Positions 46,963-57,056 of a stretch of 64,000 nucleotides of DNA are shown here, in pieces. Position 1 is the stretch's first letter, and each line of letters starts with the position of its first letter. Origin of the DNA: Beijerinckiaceae bacterium (GTDB lineage Bacteria; Pseudomonadota; Alphaproteobacteria; Rhizobiales; Beijerinckiaceae); NCBI GenBank assembly GCA_046295155.1, contig JBKBNT010000009.1:36851-100850 (forward strand), written 5' to 3'. The position numbers were made by a program, and so were the translations under genes. The notes under the pieces were generated by a model. It made no database searches. It was not told the origin of the DNA and saw only the letters and a list, made by a program, of their open reading frames with translations.

Positions 46963-48495
46963 ATGATCCAATTGACGAGACCGGTTCTGATCGCCGGGGT
47001 TGCGGGCCTGGTCGCAATCTGCGCCATAGCGGTCGCGGCGTGGCGCTTGTACCTCTCGGGCGAGGGGCCGGCGCCTTTGATCGCCACCCGAAGCGAGCCG
47101 AGGGAGCCTGCGGTTGCGCCGCCCGCAGCCACGCCGCCGGTCGGCGCTGCGCCAGCCTCTTCCTCTACGCCGCCCGCAGCCACGCCGCCGGTCGGCGCTG
47201 CGCCAGCCTCTTCCTCTACGCCGCTCGCAGCCTCGCCCCCGGCCGTCGCCCCGCCGGCCACTCCCTCGGCGCCGCCCGCCAGCGCCCAGGTCGCGTCTTC
47301 CGCGCCGTCTCCGGCCTCTCCGGTTCCGCCTTTCCCGGCGGCGCCCGAGACGAAGCCGGCGGACGCCGGGCCGGCCGCGCCCGCGGTTCCCGCTGGTGCG
47401 CCGCCGGCGGCGGCCGTCGCCGCTTCGCCCGATTCCGTTGCTGCGGCTGCAAGCAAACCGGTCGCCGGCGCAGCGCCTCTCAGGCCCAGTTTCGACGTCG
47501 TCCGGATCGAGCCGTCGGGCGAGGCGGTCGTTGCGGGACGCGCCGAACCGCGCGCGCGGGTTGCGCTTACGCTGGCCGGCAAGCCGCTCGCGCAGGCCCA
47601 GGCCGACGCCGATGGCCAGTTCGTCATGCTGCCGCCAAGGCTGCCGCCCGGCGACCACGTGCTCGGCCTGCGCGCGACCGGCCCGAATGGCGAAACCACA
47701 TCCGAGCAGACGGTCGCAGTGGCCGTGCCCGCCCGCGGCGATCGCGAGCCGGTCGTCGCCCTCGCGGCGCCCGACAAGCCGACGGTGGTTCTCTCGCAGC
47801 CGGGGGGCGAACGTGACGCCCCGGGCGGGCGAGACCTGCGCATCACCAGCATCGAGGCGCAGCAGGGCGGCGCTTTCTTTGCATCCGGCGCGGCGCCGGC
47901 CGGATCGAGCCTGAGGCTTTACCTGAACGAGTCCTATGTCGCCTCCGTCGAGGCGGGCGCCGACGGCAAGTGGTCCGTCCGGGTGGAACGGGGCATGTCG
48001 CCGGGGGCCTACCGGGTCCGGGCGGACCGGCTGGGCGGCGACGGCAAGGTGCTCGCCCGCGTCGAGGCGCCGTTCGATTATCCAGCAGATCTCGCCCGGC
48101 AGGTGGCGGCCGCAAGCCGGGAGCCCGCTGCTCCGCCGCAGCCCGCATCCCCGGCCACTTTCGCGCCGGGCGCGCAGGAGCCGGGTTCAGCGCCGCCAGC
48201 GGCCGCCTTACCGGGGGCGCCGGCCGGGCGGGACGCCGGTCAGCCAGCCGCCGTCCGCGCGGGCGACCCGCAAAATGCGGTGGTGGAGGAATTGCGCACG
48301 GCCCGGGTTGAGCGGGGCGACAGCCTATGGCGCATCAGCCGCTCGATTTACGGCGAAGGTATCCGCTACACTCAAATCTACGACGCCAACGCCTCGCAGA
48401 TTCGCAATCCGGACCTCATCTATCCAGGGCAGGTTCTGGTCGTTCCGAAACAGGACGAGGGGAAGCCAGCCGGCGGGGGCGAGCGAAAGCGGTAA
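46963..48495 (+). CDS. Membrane-anchored Pro/Ala-rich LysM-domain protein
   Basis: ORF 46963..48495. N-terminal TM segment, long P/A/S-rich region, and C-terminal LysM domain (VERGDSLWRISRSIYGEGIRYTQIYDANASQIRNPDLIYPGQVLVVP). Confidence 0.8.
   Translation: MIQLTRPVLIAGVAGLVAICAIAVAAWRLYLSGEGPAPLIATRSEPREPAVAPPAATPPVGAAPASSSTPPAATPPVGAAPASSSTPLAASPPAVAPPATPSAPPASAQVASSAPSPASPVPPFPAAPETKPADAGPAAPAVPAGAPPAAAVAASPDSVAAAASKPVAGAAPLRPSFDVVRIEPSGEAVVAGRAEPRARVALTLAGKPLAQAQADADGQFVMLPPRLPPGDHVLGLRATGPNGETTSEQTVAVAVPARGDREPVVALAAPDKPTVVLSQPGGERDAPGGRDLRITSIEAQQGGAFFASGAAPAGSSLRLYLNESYVASVEAGADGKWSVRVERGMSPGAYRVRADRLGGDGKVLARVEAPFDYPADLARQVAAASREPAAPPQPASPATFAPGAQEPGSAPPAAALPGAPAGRDAGQPAAVRAGDPQNAVVEELRTARVERGDSLWRISRSIYGEGIRYTQIYDANASQIRNPDLIYPGQVLVVPKQDEGKPAGGGERKR
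47118..47219 (+). repeat. Perfect 2 x 51-bp in-frame tandem repeat inside the LysM gene
   Basis: gccgcccgcagccacgccgccggtcggcgctgcgccagcctcttcctctac occurs at 47118-47168 and identically at 47169-47219. It encodes PPAATPPVGAAPASSST twice. A degenerate partial third copy follows. Confidence 0.95.
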
Positions 48496-48590
48496 GCCTA
48501 GTCCATGAACCGTTCGTCTGCGGGCGGTTTACAACCATTCGTGAATCAGAAAGCTGCGCCCAGCGAAGGCAGCGGGAAATTTTGTAACCC

Positions 48591-50486
48591 ATGAAACATA
48601 TGGCGACGCAGAAGGAGGCCGTAGCGCCTTCGCGCAAGGATCCCACGCTCGTCGGAACGGTGGTCGACCTTTGGCCGTACGTCTGGCCCGACGGCCGCGG
48701 CGACCTCAAGATGCGGGTGCTCGCGGCGCTCGCGCTGCTGCTGATCGCGAAGATCGTCACGATCCTCGTGCCCTACAGCTTCAAATGGGCGACTGACGCC
48801 ATCGCGGATCCGCAGAGCGCGTCCATACCGCTGCCGGCGGCGCTTGCAACGCCCATCATCATCATCGTCATCTACGGCCTGCTGCGCAGCTTCATGCAGT
48901 TCTTCACGCAGGCGCGTGACGCGCTCTTTGCGTCAGTGGCGATGTACGCGGTGCGGCGCATCGCCAACGAAGTGTTCGTGCATCTGCACCAGCTGTCGCT
49001 GCGCTTTCATCTGGAGCGCAAGACGGGCGGGCTGACGCGCGTCCTCGAACGCGGCCGGGAGGCGATCCAGCAGATTGTGCGCATGAGCATTCTGACCGGC
49101 ATTCCGACGGTCGTCGAGTTCGCGCTGATCCTGGGCATCTTCCTGTGGCAGTTCGACTGGCGCTATGCGCTCACCATCGTCGCGATGATCTGGCTCTACC
49201 TGTGGTTCACGCGTGTGGCGACGGACTGGCGCATCACCATTCGCCGCAACATGAACGAGAGCGACACGGACGCCAACGTGAAGGCGATCGACTCGCTGCT
49301 CAATTACGAGACGGTGAAGTATTTCGGCGCCGAGAAGCGCGAAGCCGCGCGCTATGACAAGTCGATGGAGCGCTACGAGCGCAATTCGATCTCAAGCTAC
49401 GTTTCGCTTGCTGTGCTGAACTCTGGCCAGGGCTTCATCTTCTCGATGGCGCTGATGGTCGTGATGATCCTGTGCGCCATCGACATTCGCAACGGCAAGA
49501 ACACGATCGGCGACCTGGTGCTGTTGAACGGCCTGATGATCCAGCTTTATCAGCCGCTGAACTTCATGGGCATGGTGTATCGCGAGATCAAGCAGGCGAC
49601 GATCGACATCGAGGCGATGTTCGACGTGCTGGACCGAGATCCGGAAATCAAGGACAAGCCGGGCGCGAAGCCGATTGCGGTAGGCAAGGGCGCGATCCGC
49701 TTCGACAACGTTCATTTCGCCTACGACCCTGCTCGCCCGATTCTGAAGGGCGTGAGCTTCGACGTGCCTGCGGGACACACCGTCGCCATCGTCGGACCGT
49801 CCGGCGCCGGCAAGTCGACGATCTCGCGCCTAATGTTTCGTTTCTATGAGCCCCAGAGCGGCGCCATCACCATCGACGGACAGAACATATCGGACGTCAC
49901 CCAGGAGAGCCTTCGCGACTCTATCGGCATGGTTCCGCAGGACACAGTCCTGTTCAACGACACGATCGCCTATAACATTCGCTATGGCCGTTGGGATGCG
50001 ACCGAGGAGGAAATTGTCGAGGCCGCCAAGCTTGCGCAGATCGACGACTTCATCCGCTCGGCCCCGAATGGCTATCAGGCTCAGGTCGGCGAGCGCGGCC
50101 TGAAGCTCTCGGGCGGGGAGAAGCAGCGCGTCGCGATCGCCCGCACGATCCTGAAGGCGCCGCCCATTCTGCTGCTGGACGAAGCGACCTCTGCGCTCGA
50201 CTCCTTCACCGAGCGTGAAATCCAGACGGCGCTCGACCGCATCGCGAAGGGCCGCACGACGCTTGTTATTGCCCACCGGCTGTCGACCATCGTGAACGCG
50301 GATGAAATCCTTGTTCTCGATCAGGGCGAGATCGTCGAGCGTGGCAGGCACGAGGATCTGCTCGCCCGCGAGGGCGTCTACGCGGCCATGTGGAACCGCC
50401 AGCGGGAGGTCGACGCCGCGGAGGAGACCCTGCGCCGGGCCGAGGCTGCGGAAGGCCGGCCCATCCGCACGCACGTCGCGGAATAA
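48591..50486 (+). CDS. Fused permease/ATPase ABC exporter, Atm1/ABCB7-like
   Basis: ORF 48591..50486. Six-TM N-terminal half. Walker A GPSGAGKST, signature LSGGEKQRVAIAR and Walker B ILLLDEATSALD. Confidence 0.85.
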   Translation: MKHMATQKEAVAPSRKDPTLVGTVVDLWPYVWPDGRGDLKMRVLAALALLLIAKIVTILVPYSFKWATDAIADPQSASIPLPAALATPIIIIVIYGLLRSFMQFFTQARDALFASVAMYAVRRIANEVFVHLHQLSLRFHLERKTGGLTRVLERGREAIQQIVRMSILTGIPTVVEFALILGIFLWQFDWRYALTIVAMIWLYLWFTRVATDWRITIRRNMNESDTDANVKAIDSLLNYETVKYFGAEKREAARYDKSMERYERNSISSYVSLAVLNSGQGFIFSMALMVVMILCAIDIRNGKNTIGDLVLLNGLMIQLYQPLNFMGMVYREIKQATIDIEAMFDVLDRDPEIKDKPGAKPIAVGKGAIRFDNVHFAYDPARPILKGVSFDVPAGHTVAIVGPSGAGKSTISRLMFRFYEPQSGAITIDGQNISDVTQESLRDSIGMVPQDTVLFNDTIAYNIRYGRWDATEEEIVEAAKLAQIDDFIRSAPNGYQAQVGERGLKLSGGEKQRVAIARTILKAPPILLLDEATSALDSFTEREIQTALDRIAKGRTTLVIAHRLSTIVNADEILVLDQGEIVERGRHEDLLAREGVYAAMWNRQREVDAAEETLRRAEAAEGRPIRTHVAE

Positions 50487-50607
50487 GCCCCGGGGCCGCG
50501 AGGGGGCGGAGCCCCGCCGCCGAGCGGGCGCCGGACCTTGTTCGTGACTTCCGCGCGTCTAGATGGCAAAAGACGGCGGTCCTCGCCGGACCGACCCGGG
50601 AAAACGC

Positions 50608-51306
50608 ATGAACATCGCCGACAGCATTCGCCGCCAGATCACGCCCATCCATCCGGAGGGGTATATCTTCATCGCCGCCTTCGCGGTCGCGACGATCGTC
50701 CTGTTCTGGATTTGGGATCCGCTGGGCTGGATCGGGCTCTTCCTGACGCTCTGGTGCGCGTACTTTTTCCGCGACCCGGTTCGGGTCACGCCCGTTGACG
50801 AGAGTCTCGTCGTCGCGCCGGCGGACGGGGTCGTCTGCTCGGTTGGCGCCTATGCGCCTCCTCCGGAGCTCGGCCTCGGTGAGACGCCGATGACCAGGGT
50901 CTCCATCTTCATGTCCGTTTTCGACTGCCACGTGAACCGCACCCCGGTGGACGGGCGCGTAATGCGCGTCGCCTACAAGCCGGGCCTGTTCATCAACGCC
51001 GATCTGGACAAGGCAAGCGAGGACAACGAGCGCAACGGCTTCGTTATCGAATCGCCCCGCGGGACATTTGGCGTCGTTCAGATCGCGGGGCTTGTCGCCC
51101 GGCGCATCGTCGCCTTCGCCAAGGAGGGCGACTCGCTCGCGACCGGCGAGCGTATCGGCCTCATCCGTTTCGGGTCGCGGGTGGACGTCTACATGCCCGC
51201 CGGCTGCGTCCCGCTCGTGGCTGTTGGCTCCAAGGCCGTGGCGGGTGAAACCATTATCGCCGAATTCGGATTGAACGCGGCGCGCCGGCAGTTCCGGAGC
51301 CGTTGA
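50608..51306 (+). CDS. psd: Phosphatidylserine decarboxylase proenzyme
   Basis: ORF 50563..51306, trimmed to ATG 50608. RFGSRVDVY contains the G-S self-cleavage site. Confidence 0.88.
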   Translation: MNIADSIRRQITPIHPEGYIFIAAFAVATIVLFWIWDPLGWIGLFLTLWCAYFFRDPVRVTPVDESLVVAPADGVVCSVGAYAPPPELGLGETPMTRVSIFMSVFDCHVNRTPVDGRVMRVAYKPGLFINADLDKASEDNERNGFVIESPRGTFGVVQIAGLVARRIVAFAKEGDSLATGERIGLIRFGSRVDVYMPAGCVPLVAVGSKAVAGETIIAEFGLNAARRQFRSR

Positions 51307-51319
51307 GCGGGGGAAATCG

Positions 51320-52150
51320 ATGAGCGAGCAAGCCGGGCCGCAGAATTCGTCGCCGCGCCGCGGCCGTTTCGCGCGCATTCCCATGCGCTATGTGCTGCCC
51401 AACCTGGTGACGCTGCTCGGCCTCGCCCTGGGTCTCACCTCGATCCGCTTCTCGATCGAAGGCCGCTACGAGCTGGCGGTGATCGCGATTGCGGCGGCCG
51501 CCGTGCTCGATGGGCTGGACGGGCGCCTCGCGCGCGCCCTGAACGGCCAGTCGCGCTTCGGGGCCGAGCTCGACTCGCTGGCGGATTTCATCGATTTCGG
51601 CGTTGCTCCGGCGATGCTGCTCTATCTGTGGAGCCTGCACGAGATCAAGAACGCCGGCTGGTTCGCCTGCATGGTCTACGCCATAGCCTGCGCGCTTCGT
51701 CTGGCGCGGTTTAACGTGATGATCGACGATCCGAACAGTCCCAAATGGATGGGGCAGTTCTTTATTGGAATGCCGTCGCCCGCCGGCGCCATCGTTGTCC
51801 TGCTGCCGCTCTATCTGCACATTTCGGTGTTTCAGGTGCCGCAGGACCGGGCGGTCGTGCCGTTCATCATCGCCTATGTCCTGCTCGTGGCCTTCCTGAT
51901 GGTGAGCCGCATCCCGCACTTCTCCGGCAAGCAGATGGGCCGCGTTCCCCGCGAATACTTCTTGCTCATCATGCTGGCCGTGGCGGCGGGCATCCTGCTC
52001 CTCGCCAGCTACCCGGTGGAGGTTCTGGTCGTCCTGACGCTGCTCTATCTTGCGCTAATCCCGGTTGCCTGGCGCCGCTATAAGGCCCTGAAGGCGGCGG
52101 ACGAGCAGGCTGCTGACGGAGCCGCCGGGCCGCAGCCTGGCCAGCCATGA
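51320..52150 (+). CDS. pssA: CDP-diacylglycerol--serine O-phosphatidyltransferase
   Basis: ORF 51320..52150. CDP-alcohol phosphatidyltransferase motif DGLDGRLARALNGQSRFGAELDSLAD. Confidence 0.9.
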   Translation: MSEQAGPQNSSPRRGRFARIPMRYVLPNLVTLLGLALGLTSIRFSIEGRYELAVIAIAAAAVLDGLDGRLARALNGQSRFGAELDSLADFIDFGVAPAMLLYLWSLHEIKNAGWFACMVYAIACALRLARFNVMIDDPNSPKWMGQFFIGMPSPAGAIVVLLPLYLHISVFQVPQDRAVVPFIIAYVLLVAFLMVSRIPHFSGKQMGRVPREYFLLIMLAVAAGILLLASYPVEVLVVLTLLYLALIPVAWRRYKALKAADEQAADGAAGPQPGQP

Positions 52151-52302
52151 GGCGTTGGCGGCGGGAACTGGCCGCCGGCAGGGGCCTGTGAGGCCAGCCT
52201 GACCGGCGCCAATCGGCGGTTCACAAATCGCGGCACTTACATTAGGGTCCGCCCGGACCTGACGGGGCGCCCCCGCCGGCGCGCTCAACTCAATGGGATT
52301 AC

Positions 52303-52521
52303 ATGGCCAAAGAAGAACTTCTCGAGTTTCCGGGAATGGTGACGGAGCTTTTGCCGAACGCGACGTTTCGCGTGAAGCTCGAAAACGATCACGAGATCAT
52401 CGCTCACACCGCAGGCAAGATGCGCAAGAACCGTATTCGCGTTCTTACCGGCGACCGCGTACTTGTCGAAATGACGCCCTACGACCTCACGAAGGGCCGA
52501 ATTACATATCGATTCAAGTAA
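52303..52521 (+). CDS. infA: Translation initiation factor IF-1
   Basis: ORF 52303..52521, 72 aa. [47 protein letters not shown]. Confidence 0.97.
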   Translation: MAKEELLEFPGMVTELLPNATFRVKLENDHEIIAHTAGKMRKNRIRVLTGDRVLVEMTPYDLTKGRITYRFK

Positions 52522-52551
52522 GCCGCCGGCGATGAACCGGCGCGCCGGCCT

Positions 52552-53232
52552 GTGTGGAGAGAGGGACTTCGCGTGATCGGTTTCTTGCGGAAGGCCGACG
52601 CGGAGAACGAGTCCTGGAGGCCGCGCCTCGCTCTGGCGTCCGCCTCGCCCCGCCGCCTCGCGTTGCTGCAGCAGATCGGCGTCGATCCGGATGGACTGCT
52701 GCCTGCCGACCTTGACGAGACGCCTCATCGCAATGAGAGCGCACGCGCGCTCGCCGTTCGTCTTGCAAACGAGAAGGCGCGCGCAGGCGCCAAAGCGGCT
52801 GCCGTGCAGGAGGATCTACGCGGCGCCTATGTCGTCGCCGCCGACACCGTCGTCGCCGTCGGGCGTCGCATTCTGCCGAAGTGCGAACTCGCCGAGGAAG
52901 CGGGCGCTTGCCTGCGCCTGCTGTCGGGCCGCAATCATCGCGTGTTCACGGCAGTGACGCTGGTCACGCCGAAGGGCGCGGAGCGACGCCGGCTCGTCGA
53001 TACGCGTGTGCGCTTCAAGCGGCTGTCGTCAGCGGAGATCGAAGGATACCTCGCATCGGGCGAATGGCGCGGGAAGGCTGGCGGCTACGCCATTCAGGGC
53101 CTCGCCGGAGCGTTCGTGGTGAAGCTCGTTGGATCGTACTCGGGGGTCGTGGGCTTGCCGCTTTACGAGACCGCGCAACTGTTGTCGGGCGAAGGGTATC
53201 CCGTTCACCTGATGTGGCTCAACGGCGCCTGA
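52552..53232 (+). CDS. maf: Maf-family nucleoside triphosphate pyrophosphatase
   Basis: ORF 52552..53232. Contains [14 protein letters not shown] and [10 protein letters not shown]. The start is uncertain. Confidence 0.85.
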   Translation: MWREGLRVIGFLRKADAENESWRPRLALASASPRRLALLQQIGVDPDGLLPADLDETPHRNESARALAVRLANEKARAGAKAAAVQEDLRGAYVVAADTVVAVGRRILPKCELAEEAGACLRLLSGRNHRVFTAVTLVTPKGAERRRLVDTRVRFKRLSSAEIEGYLASGEWRGKAGGYAIQGLAGAFVVKLVGSYSGVVGLPLYETAQLLSGEGYPVHLMWLNGA

Positions 53233-53241
53233 AAGCGCAGC

Positions 53242-53475
53242 ATGGCCAACTCAGCAAACGACAACGACAAGAGCCGCAAGTGCGATGACGGGCCGACCGG
53301 CCGCCCATGTCCCATCTGCGGCAAGCCTGGCATGATGCGCTACAAGCCATTCTGCTCCCGCCGCTGCGCGGATGTCGATCTCGGCCGCTGGCTTTCGGGC
53401 GCTTACGCCGTGCCCGCCGCCCCTGACGAGGCGGAGGACGACGAGGAAGTTGCGGACGATCCGCGCGAACGCTGA
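53242..53475 (+). CDS. yacG: DNA gyrase inhibitor YacG (zinc finger)
   Basis: ORF 53242..53475. CPICGKPGMMRYKPFCSRRCADVDLGRW. Confidence 0.85.
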   Translation: MANSANDNDKSRKCDDGPTGRPCPICGKPGMMRYKPFCSRRCADVDLGRWLSGAYAVPAAPDEAEDDEEVADDPRER

Positions 53476-53536
53476 GCGGCGCTTCATGACGCGCGTTCCT
53501 GCTGCGCGTAACGAAGGGCGGCTGCTTTTGCTAGAT

Positions 53537-53590
53537 GGCTTGCTGCGCCCGGAGCGGCCGGGTCTCGTCTTGCGCAGCAGGCCTATTTTC
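53537..53590 (+). terminator. Rho-independent terminator after yacG
   Basis: ggcttgctgcgc...gcgcagcaggcc forms a 12-bp stem with one G-U pair and a structured 23-nt loop, followed by tattttc. Confidence 0.55.
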
Positions 53591-53713
53591 AGCCGCGGCG
53601 GCGGGCGCTGTTTGCGTCGATGCGCGGCGACGAGTTCCGACGGCAGGCGGAAACGCTGACCGGTTACGATCTCTCCGAAACCGGTCGCGTGCGCCTTAAC
53701 CGCTAGGCATGGA

Positions 53714-54760
53714 TTACAGCCCGCCCCAACCCGTCAGCTTCAATTCCTCGATGGCGCGCTTCTGAACGTCCGGCGGCACGGCGAACGCCTTGTCCAGCGC
53801 CGCCACGATCTGTTCTGGCGTGAGATAGTCGATGTCCATGCGCGCCTTCGCTGCGTCTTCCAGCAACGCCTTGTCCTTCAGAGCGTCCGCGAAGGCTTTG
53901 CGGAGCGCAGCCACGCGATCAGCAGGCGTGCCGGGCGGGGCCGCGAAGGGACGATTGTAATACTGCGTGGACAGTATCAGGTCGAGCGCCTGCTTGTTCG
54001 GCCCGTCCTTCATCAGGTCCATGACGAAGGGCACGCCGATTTTCCTGAGATCGGGGTGGGGCGCGTTGGCGATGTCGAGGCCGATGCCGAACGCCTTGCG
54101 TTCCAGCGCGGACATGGCCTGGACCTTTGCGCTGTCCCATCCCCAGCCGCACACACCATCGACCTCGCCACGCTCCATCGCCACGAGAATGTTGCTCGTG
54201 GATTCGTATCCCTTCACCTGCTTGAACTTCGTGCCGACGAGGGAATTCAGGATCGCCGGGATCATCGACGTGGAGCCCGCGGAGGCGCCGATGACGACTT
54301 CCCTGCTGACCAGGTCGGCGAGCTGCCTGACGGCGGCCTTCTCCGTGAATGCGCAGATCGTCGACGTGATGCTCATGCTGCCGAGCCATGCGAATTTTCG
54401 CATGTCGTAGGAAACGCTTGCCGAACCCGCGATCTGGTTGAGCGTCAGCGTGTTGTGAAGGATCGCGATGGTGGACCCGTCTTTCGGCGCGATCATGTAC
54501 AGGTTGTTGGCGCTCTTGAGGCCGCCTGCGCCCGGCATGTTCTGCACCACCATGGTGGGCGAGCCTGGAACGAACCGGCCCATGTGGCGCGCCAGCAGCC
54601 TTGCGTAGGCATCGTACCCGCCGCCCGTTCCGGAGCCAACAATCACACTGATGTTCGTGCGCTTGTAGAAGTCCGCGACAGGCGTTGATTGCCCATGCGC
54701 GGTCGAGATCGCGCCCACGACCGCGATAGATGCTATTGCGCCAGCGAGTTTGAGAGCCAT
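53714..54760 (-). CDS. TctC/Bug-family periplasmic solute-binding protein, copy 5
   Basis: ORF 53714..54907, trimmed to ATG 54760 (AAGGGAGG upstream; MALKLAGAIASIAVVGAISTAHGQ signal). Contains GSGTGGGYDAYARLLARHMGRFVPGSPTMVVQNMPGAGG. Confidence 0.85.
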   Translation of the reverse strand: MALKLAGAIASIAVVGAISTAHGQSTPVADFYKRTNISVIVGSGTGGGYDAYARLLARHMGRFVPGSPTMVVQNMPGAGGLKSANNLYMIAPKDGSTIAILHNTLTLNQIAGSASVSYDMRKFAWLGSMSITSTICAFTEKAAVRQLADLVSREVVIGASAGSTSMIPAILNSLVGTKFKQVKGYESTSNILVAMERGEVDGVCGWGWDSAKVQAMSALERKAFGIGLDIANAPHPDLRKIGVPFVMDLMKDGPNKQALDLILSTQYYNRPFAAPPGTPADRVAALRKAFADALKDKALLEDAAKARMDIDYLTPEQIVAALDKAFAVPPDVQKRAIEELKLTGWGGL

Positions 54761-54773
54761 TTGAACGCCTCCC

Positions 54774-56153
54774 TTAAAGCCCGTGATGGAAGAAGCCGCC
54801 GTGAATGGCGTCGTGCCAGAGTTTCGCGGCTGTCGGGGCGAGACCGAGCGGCAGGCCCGGTTCTGGCCGGTAGTAGATGTGCGTGCCCGCCTGCAACTGG
54901 GCGACACGCACGCGCGGCGCCGGATTCAGCTTCGCGAGCATCGGCAGAACAATCTCGTTGTAGGCTTCCGGCGAGTTGTCGCGGCTATAGGCCGAGTTCA
55001 GGTAAAGGATCGGCGTCACCGGTTTAGCGCCGGGTCTTTCATCGTAATGGCAATAACCGAGAAAGCGCGAGATCAAAGCCTGTGTTCTCGCCTCGTCGAA
55101 GCCAAGGCGTTCGGCGTTCACGCGCGCGGCGGCTTCGAGCGAAGTCACGATATTATGGGTGATCGTATATTCCGCCTTGAAGCTCGGGCGCGCACGGTCC
55201 TTGCCCCAGGCGTCGAACACTTCTTCCATCAGCCAGGGCAGGCGCATGAGCGCGGCCGGGCCCTCCTTGCCAAGCGCCTCCGGACCAAAATAGCGAGCGA
55301 GATCGCGCCATGTGCGAATGTAAAGTTCGTTGAATGGATCGCTGCGCCGCGCCGCCTCCTTCGAGACGCGTTCGTAGTTTCCGATCTTGCCAAGCGCGCC
55401 CGACCAGTCGTGCTTCACCTCGTTGATGTATCCGATGGGCGCGGTCTCGATCTCCGTCTGACCGGCAATGTTGGGCACACGCTGAACGATGTAGGCCGAG
55501 AATGCGCCGCCCGTCGAATGCCCGTGCGTAAAGATCGAAAATTCGCTCTCGGGAAAGTGTTTGCGGCACGCTTCGATCATGCCATCCTCGAAGGCGGCTG
55601 GCCAAGCCGCCATGCGATGCCAGAAATTCGTGCCGGGCTTCGCGCGAGCCAGCGTGCGTGTGCCGTAACGCAGGCGGTTCATCGGGGTCGTGTCCTTGAC
55701 GACCTCGTATTCTTCCCGCCCGATCTCTTCGCCCGCCACCCAGATCGGTGTGCGCACGGAGCCATCGTCCCGGATTGTGTCGCCCGTCCAGTTGCGGCTC
55801 GGATCCTTGAGATACAGGCGCCCGGGGAAGGTCATCGAGACTGTGCGCGAGCCGAATTTGCCGGCAATCTGACGCGCCAGGATTGAGCATGACTTGAAAT
55901 CGCCATCGCCCCCATGCAGCAGCAGAAATCCTATCTTCTTTCCGTCGGGCCCTCGCGCAGCCCTCGACGCGTCCGCCGGCTCGATGACGTATACGCCGAT
56001 GTCCCATGCCATGCCGAGGGCTTCGATGCGGAAAATGTCTTCACGTTCGGTAAGTTCAATATCGGGGCGCGCGCGGACTTCCTCGTCCATCGCGACAACT
56101 TCCTCGTTCGTATAGGTGGGCTTCGGCTCCCAGAAATCGCTGGCGCTCATCAT
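54774..56153 (-). CDS. Uncharacterised cytoplasmic alpha/beta-hydrolase-like protein (459 aa)
   Basis: ORF 54774..56255, trimmed to ATG 56153 (GGGAGGAATG upstream). Nucleophile-elbow-like FTHGHSTGGAFSAY and an LLLHGGDGDF oxyanion-type block. No signal peptide. I do not recognise the subfamily. Its stop lies 13 nt before the TctC copy 5 start. Confidence 0.6.
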   Translation of the reverse strand: MMSASDFWEPKPTYTNEEVVAMDEEVRARPDIELTEREDIFRIEALGMAWDIGVYVIEPADASRAARGPDGKKIGFLLLHGGDGDFKSCSILARQIAGKFGSRTVSMTFPGRLYLKDPSRNWTGDTIRDDGSVRTPIWVAGEEIGREEYEVVKDTTPMNRLRYGTRTLARAKPGTNFWHRMAAWPAAFEDGMIEACRKHFPESEFSIFTHGHSTGGAFSAYIVQRVPNIAGQTEIETAPIGYINEVKHDWSGALGKIGNYERVSKEAARRSDPFNELYIRTWRDLARYFGPEALGKEGPAALMRLPWLMEEVFDAWGKDRARPSFKAEYTITHNIVTSLEAAARVNAERLGFDEARTQALISRFLGYCHYDERPGAKPVTPILYLNSAYSRDNSPEAYNEIVLPMLAKLNPAPRVRVAQLQAGTHIYYRPEPGLPLGLAPTAAKLWHDAIHGGFFHHGL

Positions 56154-56270
56154 TCCTCCCTGTGTTGTTGGCACACAATGAAGGATGCGCGCCGCCCTAT
56201 CAAGCTCCGCAAAGTGTGCTAGGAGAACAGCAAGCGGAACTGCAACCGCCGCCATTCAGGGGAGCGACCG

Positions 56271-57056
56271 GTGCCATTCAGCGAGTCGAACGGTGTAAAG
56301 ATATACTATGAAACCGCGGGGCAGGGGCCGCCGCTGGTCTTCATTCACGCCAATCCGTTCGACCGGCGCCTGTGGCTTTACCAGGTTGCGCGCTTCTCTC
56401 AGCGGTTCACGACCATCAACGTCGACATTCGGGGGTACGGCTTTTCGGACAAGCCGACGACGCCATTCACGTTGGAAGACATGGCGGCGGACGTCGCATC
56501 TGTCATGGAACGCGAGTCGGTGGAGCGCGCGGTCATTGTCGGGTGCAGCGTTGGCTCCGGCATCGCACTGCTGTTCGGGCTAGACCGGCCGGGCATGACG
56601 GAGGGGCTGGTTCTCGTCGGCGGCAGCAGCCGCGGCGGCGGCAATATCCAGAAGCGCATCGACGGCTACACATCCGGCGATCTCGCAGGTTATCGCCGCC
56701 AGCACATGCGTGAACTGTTCGCCCCGGGGTTCCCCGAAACTCCGCACGGCCGATGGGTGTTAAATCTCTTCGACGAGAACTCGCATACGCTGTCAGGTGA
56801 GAGCATCGCGCAAATCTTCCGCGCTCGCGCAGCTTGCAACATGACTCCCAGGCTGGCCGCCATAGATGCGCCGACGCTCGTCATCAATGGCGCGCACGAT
56901 GGATCGCTTGATGCAGGACGCGATACCGCGGCGGGAATTGCAGGCGCGGGTCACGTCGTGATCCCGGGAACCGGTCACGCGTGCTCTATTGAAGATCCAT
57001 GGTCGTTCGACGCGGCCATGATCGATTTCCTGCGCGGAATTGGCCGCTGGAGCTGA
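56271..57056 (+). CDS. Alpha/beta hydrolase (3-oxoadipate enol-lactonase-like)
   Basis: ORF 56271..57056 with a GTG start. Contains PLVFIHANPFDRRLW and GCSVGSGIAL (GxSxG), with a C-terminal GTGHACSIEDP. Confidence 0.8.
   Translation: MPFSESNGVKIYYETAGQGPPLVFIHANPFDRRLWLYQVARFSQRFTTINVDIRGYGFSDKPTTPFTLEDMAADVASVMERESVERAVIVGCSVGSGIALLFGLDRPGMTEGLVLVGGSSRGGGNIQKRIDGYTSGDLAGYRRQHMRELFAPGFPETPHGRWVLNLFDENSHTLSGESIAQIFRARAACNMTPRLAAIDAPTLVINGAHDGSLDAGRDTAAGIAGAGHVVIPGTGHACSIEDPWSFDAAMIDFLRGIGRWS

Noticed and set aside
46842-47852. N-terminal 337-aa extension of the LOG-family ORF (track ORF 46239..47852)
   Set aside because: The extension is Gly/Ala/Arg-rich and antisense to the LysM gene's repeat region. 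The LOG domain begins at MSQLKNICVYCGSSPG (ATG 46841), giving a normal 200-aa protein.
53476-53713. Possible degraded gene after yacG
   Set aside because: The two short frames are MTRVPAARNEGRLLLLDGLLRPE... and ...MRGDEFRRQAETLTGYDLSETGRVRLNR*. They are short, need a frameshift to join and match no family I recognise. The central inverted repeat plus T-run is adequately explained as the yacG terminator.
56161-56177. TGTGT-N7-ACACA as a Crp-type operator between the divergent hydrolase genes
   Set aside because: It has only 5+5 matching arms with non-canonical spacing, which is easily expected by chance in a 117-bp gap. It is mentioned in a finding but is not called as a feature.
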